A stretch of 64,000 nucleotides of DNA from Bacteroidota bacterium (lineage in GTDB: Bacteria > Bacteroidota > Ignavibacteria > SZUA-365): contig QKAF01000099.1 in NCBI GenBank assembly GCA_003246455.1, forward strand, positions 35,669-99,668. Reading direction: 5' to 3'. Positions 47,728 through 54,511 of this stretch are shown here, one piece after another; the first letter of the stretch is position 1; every line of letters starts with the position of its first letter. Both the position numbers and the translations under genes were made by a program. The notes below the pieces were generated by a model, which did not search any database, was not told the DNA's origin, and worked only from the letters and a program-made list of their open reading frames with translations.

Positions 47728-50700
47728 TTATTCCCACCCGTAGACCTGCTTGACATGCAGGAAACGGTGGTTGATTTCATCAATATAGTTATTATTCGCG
47801 TCAGGAAGCTGCTCGAGCCGCCAGGACGCCACCAGTCCTTTTTTCGTGACGCGTTCTTGATCGATCAGATCGGCAATCTCTTTTTCCGAGAGAATGCGTT
47901 TCCAGACGTGAAGGGAACCGTAGCTTCGGGTATGGGACAGCGTGGGATGATACCAGTCATAGTACTTTGATGCAAGCTGCTGTTCCTTGTCGAAGCGGAA
48001 GCCCAGCATCATTCCCTCGAAGAGCGCATGCCAGTCCTGTCGCCCGGAAGCGACCGTACGCGATTCCGCCTTCAGCTGCCCGTCGGTATAGAACGCGACC
48101 TTGCCGTCTGCGGTCACCGTGCAGACTCCGGTATGCCACCCCGGTTCGATGTCGTAGGCCAGTTTTTTCTGCATGGTGAACAGCATGTTATTCTCGATGG
48201 AAATCCACCCACTTTCCTTGAGCACGTAATTGAAGTGTATCGCGGGTTCAGCGTCCTGCAGGAAAAGGAACGCGAAGGTCGCGTCCGTGTACCTCGGCAA
48301 TACCGGACGGACGGCGACAAGGTATCTCCCTGATGTGAGCGCAATCGCCGTATCGCCCCGGTCTCTCGTCAGCAGAAAGATATCCCTGCCCCGCGGCTCG
48401 AGACGGAGGTCGGAACGCACCAGAACGGGACGATGCAGCAGCGCACCGCTGTGGGCCTGCGTGTTGGCGTTGAACAACGTGTTTTCAACACTCGCGTCCA
48501 CGTCCCAGTACCCCGCCAGGTCCGGTGTAAGCCCCGACAGCCGGCGATGCATCGTCTGCCGTACCTCCTCCACGGTGCGGAAGCGATGCCACAGACGGAT
48601 TTCATCGATGTCGCCACGAAAGTGCAGATCGGACGTCGTTCCCGGGTTTCTCGCTCCGATAGTCACGAAGGGCGTTCCCGGACCGTCAAAGAGGAAATAG
48701 GCCTGCCGGTTCTCCAGTTCCTCTCCGTTGAGGTAGACGGCGATCCTGTGACGCGGGATGGAGATTGCCAGGGCGAGATGCATCCAGCGGCCGACTGCCG
48801 CCGCCTGGCTGCCATTCAGCACGAACATCCCGATCGCCGAACCGACCCGGTAATACATCGTGTCGGGAGTGACGAATCCGAAAAACAGGTCCTCGATCTC
48901 CGGTTTCTGCGAACCCGACTGGCCGTTGTGCAGGATCATCGCGTTTTTCAGCGGAGCATTGGGACGGATCCAGCATTCGAAGGTCGCCTCCTTGGTGCCG
49001 GAGGCGGTGATATCGAAAGCGGTGCTGCGCTGCCCGAAGTGAATCTGGTCGTCCCGTCCGTCGAGACGCAGTGCATAGCCGGCGGAGAGCGGCGATCCGG
49101 CCGCGCCCTCGAAGCGCAGGCGGTACAGCGCCTCGCCTGTGACCGGGTTCCGCAGCACCAGGGCGGCATTCTTGGAACTGCCTGCGTCCATGGGAGCGAA
49201 CATGACGGCGATACTCCGATTCTCCGCCGACGGGATGTTGAGCCGATCGTCTGCCGAATTGATATACCAATCGGTGGAATCCGGTCCCTCGATCGAAAGC
49301 CGGAGGTTCAGATTCGACGGCGTCATATTCCATATCTCGAAATGCCGTGTGAACCCGTCGCCGATTTCCAGATCTCCGAATCCCACATTGTTGTCGACAA
49401 GGGTCTTGCCGTCCCGGAAGCACCAGACGAGTGAGTCCTTGGGATTGAACACGATCGAGCTCGAGCCGACGCTGAGTCCCATCGTCTGTTCGAGATTGGG
49501 ATAGTCGTAGTACGCCCGGTACGCGAAGTATCCCCCGCCGCCGAAAAGAATCACGATCAGGAGAAGCAGGAAGGCAACGCCGTGGCGCACGAGAGATTCC
49601 CGCATGCGTTCCATGCCGCCGCGCGGATGGATGGCGAACACGCCCGCGTTCGTCTCCAGGTCGCGCACATGCGAGACGCCCAGCACCTCGAGACTGCGCT
49701 TCGGATGATCGCGCTGCAGCTGCTGCAGGTACAGCAGCGCTGATTCGCGGTGCGGCGCGGGGATGACAATTTTTTCGACCGGCGAACAGAACGCGGCCCG
49801 CAGTTTCTGCTCGATCAGATCCCAGCTGCCCGCCTCCACCGTCCCGTCTGTCGCGAGACTGCCGACGCAGGCAACCGTCGTGGGCAGGGTCCATCGCTGC
49901 GGAAGATTCATGTAATGCGTAATGCCTGCCGTGATCCCCGCTGCCGCTGCACAGCCGAGCGAGCCGCCCACAAGCGCGACGCTGGTTTCATGCAGGGAAA
50001 AATGGTAGCGGCGGTGTTCGGGCGTTTTCCCGAACCTTTCGGCGATCAGTCCTTCGCTGATCGTCTGCGCGCGTTTCAGCTGCTCGACGGTTTCGTATCC
50101 CTGGTCCCCGAGCAGGTTGTTGATGTTGTTTTCTCCCTGGCCCCCCTCCTGCGAAAGAATATCCATCAGCATCACGCGTCCGGCCGCATACCGATCATCG
50201 CCGTCCGCCTCCAGCAGGACGACCGCGACGGCGTCGGTGCGCCGGCGGTATTCCTCCCACTGCTCGAGCACCGTGGTGAACTCCGCAGGTACCGCGTCGT
50301 ACCGATTCCGCAGGACACCGACATAGGCCTTGAAGACGCCGAATGCCGTGGCCGACGCGCCGAACACGGAACTCCACTCCCCTGCGTCGAGCGCCCCTTC
50401 GAGGAGTTTCCATTCCACGAGGAACTCGTGCAGCTCGCGCAGCGCGGAAACGTAGGCATGCGAACGGATGGTATGCTCGACCGCGAGGGTATGCAGTTCG
50501 TCCATGGCCAGCCCTGCCGTGGCCCATGACTGGGCGGATATCCTGCGGTAGAACGCATACGCGTCTCTCCAGACCGGCGCCGGCAGGTTGCTCAGAGACG
50601 AGAAGCGCAGCAGTTCGAGGAATGAGGGAGCGAGCGGCAGCAGGTATCCGGAAAGCCACGATGCCGGAAGCCGGCAGGTATGTCCCCAGAATTCCGTGAT

Positions 50701-50823
50701 ATGCAGAAAGCGTTTCTGCGGGGAGGGCGTGATGAGCAGCGTCCTGTCGAGCGCACGCGCGGCGGCATCCAGCTCCACGGGAGTACGGATATACCCCGTG
50801 GGCCCGTTGTCATTCAACGGCAC
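47728..50823 (-). CDS. 1031-aa single-pass membrane protein: helical N-domain, Lon-protease-like (S16) domain, TM, Ig-like beta-sandwich, 2x LamG (paralog A)
   Basis: Colinear with paralog B over its full length. Blocks include AVAVVLLEADGDD, LVGGSLGCAAAAGI (Ser288, codon 49960-49962) and IEQKLRAAF...EKIVIP. TM helix GVAFLLLLIVILFGGGGYFAY (aa 415-435). Also FGDLEIGDGFTRHFEIWNMTPSN, WMHLALAISIPRHRIAVYLNGEEL...GDIDEIRLWHRFRTVEEV, and a second LamG ending in SLHVWKRILSEKEIADL. GTG start at 50821-50823; no nearby ATG. Confidence 0.65.
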   Translation of the reverse strand: MPLNDNGPTGYIRTPVELDAAARALDRTLLITPSPQKRFLHITEFWGHTCRLPASWLSGYLLPLAPSFLELLRFSSLSNLPAPVWRDAYAFYRRISAQSWATAGLAMDELHTLAVEHTIRSHAYVSALRELHEFLVEWKLLEGALDAGEWSSVFGASATAFGVFKAYVGVLRNRYDAVPAEFTTVLEQWEEYRRRTDAVAVVLLEADGDDRYAAGRVMLMDILSQEGGQGENNINNLLGDQGYETVEQLKRAQTISEGLIAERFGKTPEHRRYHFSLHETSVALVGGSLGCAAAAGITAGITHYMNLPQRWTLPTTVACVGSLATDGTVEAGSWDLIEQKLRAAFCSPVEKIVIPAPHRESALLYLQQLQRDHPKRSLEVLGVSHVRDLETNAGVFAIHPRGGMERMRESLVRHGVAFLLLLIVILFGGGGYFAYRAYYDYPNLEQTMGLSVGSSSIVFNPKDSLVWCFRDGKTLVDNNVGFGDLEIGDGFTRHFEIWNMTPSNLNLRLSIEGPDSTDWYINSADDRLNIPSAENRSIAVMFAPMDAGSSKNAALVLRNPVTGEALYRLRFEGAAGSPLSAGYALRLDGRDDQIHFGQRSTAFDITASGTKEATFECWIRPNAPLKNAMILHNGQSGSQKPEIEDLFFGFVTPDTMYYRVGSAIGMFVLNGSQAAAVGRWMHLALAISIPRHRIAVYLNGEELENRQAYFLFDGPGTPFVTIGARNPGTTSDLHFRGDIDEIRLWHRFRTVEEVRQTMHRRLSGLTPDLAGYWDVDASVENTLFNANTQAHSGALLHRPVLVRSDLRLEPRGRDIFLLTRDRGDTAIALTSGRYLVAVRPVLPRYTDATFAFLFLQDAEPAIHFNYVLKESGWISIENNMLFTMQKKLAYDIEPGWHTGVCTVTADGKVAFYTDGQLKAESRTVASGRQDWHALFEGMMLGFRFDKEQQLASKYYDWYHPTLSHTRSYGSLHVWKRILSEKEIADLIDQERVTKKGLVASWRLEQLPDANNNYIDEINHRFLHVKQVYGWE

Positions 50824-50883
50824 ACGCCCTCCACTGCTGTGCGATCAGAACGTCGTAGAGATGGCATCATCTGCCCGATTGTG

Positions 50884-51387
50884 TCACGCGGAGAGGAGAA
50901 TCACTTTCATCGGCTCGATGTCGATGCTCGAGGTCCCGATCTCGAATACTCCATTGGAATCAGGCACGAATTCCCGGTCGATACCGTCGAAGCGGATACG
51001 GATATGCTGATCCTCGCTTCGTTCCGCGATAAAGAACCCGGTCAGCTGCTGCTCGAGGGTGTCTTCAATGACGCGAAGGATCGCGGCATTGTTGTTGAGA
51101 TACCATGTCCGTCGCAGACGGTACTGCGGGACGGCGGCTGCGGATGACTGTGCTGCCAGCCGATACGCGGTCTGGCGATACCCGCTGCCTTCTGACGGAA
51201 CGGCATCCGACTCCTGCATCATCTCTCCCGCGCTGGACAGGAAGTCCATGGCAAGCGCGAACTGCTCCCTGCAAAAAGAACAGGCGTGCATATGGGCGGA
51301 CGGTTCACCGCGCCTTGCGAGGGACAAGAGCGTCTTCAGATCGTGGTGCTCCATAATACCTGCTCCGAGATTGAGTGTATTATCCAT
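50884..51387 (-). CDS. Soluble protein with ZAS-type (HxxxCxxC) anti-sigma zinc motif
   Basis: ATG at 51385-51387 (MDNTLNL...); an alternative ATG lies at 51352-51354. H32-MHA-C36-SF-C39 (nt 51271-51294) matches HxxxCxxC exactly, with His14/His15 upstream as a possible fourth ligand. There is no TM segment. The C-terminal ~80 aa are beta-rich. Confidence 0.5.
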   Translation of the reverse strand: MDNTLNLGAGIMEHHDLKTLLSLARRGEPSAHMHACSFCREQFALAMDFLSSAGEMMQESDAVPSEGSGYRQTAYRLAAQSSAAAVPQYRLRRTWYLNNNAAILRVIEDTLEQQLTGFFIAERSEDQHIRIRFDGIDREFVPDSNGVFEIGTSSIDIEPMKVILLSA

Positions 51388-51423
51388 ATTTATTAATCCG
51401 TGCAGTTCGCACCCTGTGGCCAA

Positions 51424-51441
51424 AATTTTTCATGAAAAATT
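51424..51441. promoter_or_regulatory. Perfect 18-bp all-but-two-AT palindrome AATTTTTCATGAAAAATT in an AT-rich intergenic island
   Basis: Read directly; its reverse complement is identical. It lies between the sigma-like gene stop (51482) and the ZAS-protein ATG (51387), in an otherwise GC-rich sequence. Confidence 0.6.
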
Positions 51442-51481
51442 GGATTTATTTTGTAAAACACGCAATGGAAGCGGTTCCGCG

Positions 51482-52525
51482 TCATTCGTCCGCCGCAGGA
51501 TCCTGTTTGAGGTGTTTCTGCGCTTCCTGGACGACGCGTTCATACATGTAGGCGAATTTTCTCCGATATGTTGCCCTGAAACGTTCCGGGGAGAGTCCCG
51601 GCATGTACAGACGCAGGAACGAGTACCCCGAGCGGGCGTCGCTTCCCCGCTGCAGATCGAGAAAGGTGGACCGTATGGCGAGCAGCATGAGGTCGAATTC
51701 CCAGGCGCTCAGCCGTTCGCGCTGCACGTACAGATTCTCGAGCGAAGGCCGCACGGTTTCGATCGCCGTGTGGATGATGTGCGAGAGTGCGGACACGTCA
51801 TAGGAGATGGAGGCGTCGGGCTGCTCGTGCTGCAGCGTCGATTCGAGGTCGTGTCCGAGATACTCGACGGTTATCCGGATCACGTCCATCTCAAGGACGG
51901 CCTTCCGGTACTGATCCTGTTCTCGAAGAAAGCGGATTATGCTCCGAAAAATCTCGACAGCATCGGATCTGTTGTGGGCGCTGAAATCCGCGAGGGAATT
52001 CCGAATCACCTCCGGCGGCGCGGCTTCCTTGTGCAGATCCGCCAGCGCGGGGGATTCGACGACGTACCAGCGGCCGTCGAGCATGTCGCGGATCTCGATG
52101 CTCTCGGTCTTGCGCACGTACTTGCGCACCGCCCGCATCAGCGTGTGCTGGAGAGGATTCACCTCGGCGAAGATGCGCGGGAAATGCCGCTGGACGTTGT
52201 TGAAGATCACCGCGTCGTACAGGGACAGCAGGTCGACGTCGGATCCTTCCGCCACGGGGAGAAGCGCGTTGCGCAGCGTGCCGCAGCAGGTGTCTTCGCC
52301 CTCGGCCAGCAGCTCCGCGGAAATGTCGTACGAAAGATCCCGCAGTGTCAGTCCGAGGGTGTGCAGTCGGTAGTTCTTCCGTGCGCTGATCCAGCGGACC
52401 GCCTGCTCGGTGCGCGCAATGGTGCGGAGGATCAGTGCTTCCGCCATGGACGCATTCATCGGTCCGGCCAGCAGGGCTCGCAGCAGAGGGAGAAGATCGT
52501 GAGACGAATCGGCCGACATGCGCAT
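51482..52525 (-). CDS. Hypothetical protein, possibly a highly divergent sigma-70-family factor (347 aa from ATG 52525)
   Basis: First gene of the unit, immediately upstream of the ZAS-motif protein. There is weak resemblance to sigma region 2 (LRDLSYDISAELLAE ... AVIFNNVQRHF) and region 4 (RERLSAWEFDLMLLAI ... LSPERFRATYRRKFAYMYERV). The call rests on pattern recognition only. Confidence 0.3.
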   Translation of the reverse strand: MRMSADSSHDLLPLLRALLAGPMNASMAEALILRTIARTEQAVRWISARKNYRLHTLGLTLRDLSYDISAELLAEGEDTCCGTLRNALLPVAEGSDVDLLSLYDAVIFNNVQRHFPRIFAEVNPLQHTLMRAVRKYVRKTESIEIRDMLDGRWYVVESPALADLHKEAAPPEVIRNSLADFSAHNRSDAVEIFRSIIRFLREQDQYRKAVLEMDVIRITVEYLGHDLESTLQHEQPDASISYDVSALSHIIHTAIETVRPSLENLYVQRERLSAWEFDLMLLAIRSTFLDLQRGSDARSGYSFLRLYMPGLSPERFRATYRRKFAYMYERVVQEAQKHLKQDPAADE

Positions 52526-52544
52526 ATTCCGTTGGGTACAGACG

Positions 52545-52552
52545 AAAATATA
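52545..52552 (-). promoter_or_regulatory. Candidate Bacteroidota-type -7 promoter element (TATATTTT on the - strand) for the four-gene unit
   Basis: It matches 7 of 8 positions of TAnnTTTG, about 20 nt upstream of the ATG at 52525 and just downstream of the strong terminator. Confidence 0.25.
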
Positions 52553-52569
52553 CAGTTTTCCGCAGGCGC

Positions 52570-52607
52570 AAAAAAAACCCGCCACCCGTAATCAGCGCGG
52601 TGGCGGG
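52570..52607 (-). terminator. Strong intrinsic terminator ending the suf/Rrf2 transcript
   Basis: CCCGCCACC (52578-52586) pairs with GGTGGCGGG (52599-52607). On the - strand the stem is followed by T8 (A8 at 52570-52577 on +). An A5 run on the other side makes it potentially bidirectional. Confidence 0.85.
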
Positions 52608-52628
52608 AAAAATCCTCGGACTGACGAT

Positions 52629-53105
52629 TCAGGGTGCGGGCAGTTCCACGCTTTCCCGCGGGACATGCACAGACGGCACATGCGCCGCGTGTTCCCCTGT
52701 CAGGAGATCGGCCAGCGTGGTCGATTCCAGCACCCCGTCAATGGCGGTCTGAACTCTCCGCCACAGGGGCCGAATGGAGCAGGCAAACGTGTGCGCGCAG
52801 ACTTCTTCAGTTCCGGAGAAATGGTCACAGAATCCGGGTTTGTAAAACCGCCCGCCCAATGCCGCAAGGACATCGCTGAGAACGATCTCGTTCACCTGCC
52901 GGGAAAGCGTGTATCCCCCTTCCTGTCCGCGCACGCTTTCAACGAACCCGTTAATGCGCAGGATGCGCAGAAGCTTCGCGACATACGCCTGAGACAGGCC
53001 TTCCGCGTCGCTCATTTCCGGGATGGTCATCGAGGCCTCCGGCCCCTTGCGTGCGAGCTGCAGGAGGCAGCGTAATCCGTATTCTTCCTGGGAACTGAAC
53101 TTCAT
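52629..53105 (-). CDS. Rrf2-family transcriptional regulator (IscR/SufR-like) with Cys cluster
   Basis: ATG at 53103-53105. MKFSSQEEYGLRCLLQLAR...YVAKLLRILRINGFVESVRGQEGGYTL is a winged HTH. The Cys ligand candidates are CDHF...C.H.F.C. The 5' part of track ORF 52629..53543 is not supported. Confidence 0.8.
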   Translation of the reverse strand: MKFSSQEEYGLRCLLQLARKGPEASMTIPEMSDAEGLSQAYVAKLLRILRINGFVESVRGQEGGYTLSRQVNEIVLSDVLAALGGRFYKPGFCDHFSGTEEVCAHTFACSIRPLWRRVQTAIDGVLESTTLADLLTGEHAAHVPSVHVPRESVELPAP

Positions 53106-53118
53106 TGCCGCGCCCCGA

Positions 53119-53652
53119 TCAGTTGAGCCGCGGAATGCGGGATCCGCATGTCCGCTCATATTCCAGTTTATCGTACTCCTCTTTCGGGACCGACGGTCCC
53201 TGCCGCGTGCAGAGCTGCGCGAAGCTGTCCTGGAGCTCCGCGGCGATTTCCGCGGCGCTTCGTCCTTCGATATCATGCCGTTGGAGCATGGACACGAGCT
53301 CTCCGTTCTTGAAAATCGCCATGCTCGGGGACGACGGCGCGTAGCCGGTAAAATACCCGCGCATGCGATCGACAGCATCCCGCTCCTGTCCGGCAAAGAC
53401 CGTGACAAACCGATCGGGGATGACCTCGTGCTGGAGCGCCTGCGTCGCAGCGGGACGTGCGCTGCCCGCGGCGCAACCGCAGACGGAATTGACGACGACA
53501 AACAGCACCCCGGGGGTCTCACGAACCGCGGTGTCGACCGCATCGGGCGAAAGCAGCTCTTCGAAACCGACCGCGGTCAGCTCGTCGCGCATGGGCTGGA
53601 CGGCCGTCTGATCGTACATCGGACCGCGTCCTATGGAAAGGTTCTGGAACAT
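53119..53652 (-). CDS. Bacilliredoxin-like (BrxA/BrxB, DUF1094) thiol-disulfide oxidoreductase with C-terminal extension
   Basis: The block PMRDELTAVGFEELLSPDAVD...VVNSVCGCAAGSARPAA...VFAGQERDAV...PSSPSMAIFKNGELV carries the CGC redox motif. The alternative start is ATG 53617-53619. Confidence 0.7.
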   Translation of the reverse strand: MFQNLSIGRGPMYDQTAVQPMRDELTAVGFEELLSPDAVDTAVRETPGVLFVVVNSVCGCAAGSARPAATQALQHEVIPDRFVTVFAGQERDAVDRMRGYFTGYAPSSPSMAIFKNGELVSMLQRHDIEGRSAAEIAAELQDSFAQLCTRQGPSVPKEEYDKLEYERTCGSRIPRLN

Positions 53653-53723
53653 GTATGTAAAACTCCTTTCGAAAACGAATCTGCACCGGATGCGAATGCG
53701 GCACCCGGCGTATGGGACAGTGA

Positions 53724-54062
53724 TTAAAAGAAACCCAGCTCAAGACGCGCCGCTTCCGACATCATCGACGGGTTCCAGGGCGGATCCCAGACGATATCGA
53801 GGTCGACGCCCGTGACGCCGTTGATCTGACCGACCTTCTCCTTCACCTCCGCCGGCAGCGACTGCGCGGCGGGGCAGTTGGGCGACGTCAGCGTCATCCG
53901 GATGGACACGCCGCCGTTCGATTTCACGCGGATCTGGTAGATCAATCCGAGTTCATATATATCGATCGGAATTTCCGGATCGTAGCACGTCTTGATCGCG
54001 TGGACGACGTTGTCGTCTATTTCCTGCAATTGCTCGTTTGTCAGCATGTGATCTTCCATCAT
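53724..54062 (-). CDS. sufT: DUF59/MIP18-family Fe-S assembly protein (SufT-like)
   Basis: The block DPEIPIDIYELGLIY...MTLTSPNCPAA is the DUF59 signature. It lies within the suf operon. Confidence 0.75.
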   Translation of the reverse strand: MMEDHMLTNEQLQEIDDNVVHAIKTCYDPEIPIDIYELGLIYQIRVKSNGGVSIRMTLTSPNCPAAQSLPAEVKEKVGQINGVTGVDLDIVWDPPWNPSMMSEAARLELGFF

Positions 54063-54511
54063 TCGGTCGACACCTTGTCATTCTCCCCCTGAAGCGCGCC
54101 GTGCATGGTATGCCACGGCAGCGTCGCACATTTCACGCGCACGGGAAATTCCGCGACACCGGCAAAGGCCGCAAGCTTGCCCAGCTCGGCGATATGCTCT
54201 TCCGCCGCAATCCGACCGGTGACGATACCGGTGAACAGTTCGAACAGCCGCTCGGCTTCATCCCGCTTCTTGCCTTTCAGGATGGCACTCATGATCGACG
54301 CGGACGCCTTCGAGATGGCGCATCCGCTGCCTTCGAAGCTCACCTCCGCGATGACGTCGCCGTCGAAACGCAGATAAAAGGTGTAGTGGTCTCCGCACAG
54401 CGGGTTATACCCGTCGAGCGTGGAGTCCGCATTCTCCATCTTGTGGAAATTGCGCGGGTGCTTGTTGTGATCAAGAATCACTTCCTGGTACAGATCACGA
54501 ATTTCATCCAT
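54059..54511 (-). CDS. sufU: SufU/NifU-like Fe-S cluster scaffold / sulfurtransferase
   Basis: LYQEVILDHNKHPRNF, NPLCGD and GSGCAISKASAS blocks. Confidence 0.85.
   Translation of the reverse strand: MDEIRDLYQEVILDHNKHPRNFHKMENADSTLDGYNPLCGDHYTFYLRFDGDVIAEVSFEGSGCAISKASASIMSAILKGKKRDEAERLFELFTGIVTGRIAAEEHIAELGKLAAFAGVAEFPVRVKCATLPWHTMHGALQGENDKVSTE

Noticed and set aside
44635-50823. Classical Lon protease, BREX BrxL or another known defence-system component
   Set aside because: Neither protein has a Walker A/B or AAA+ module, and no methyltransferase, PglZ, nuclease or other defence genes are adjacent. The single TM helix plus LamG ectodomain architecture does not fit LonA, LonB or BrxL. 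A defence role cannot be excluded but has no support.
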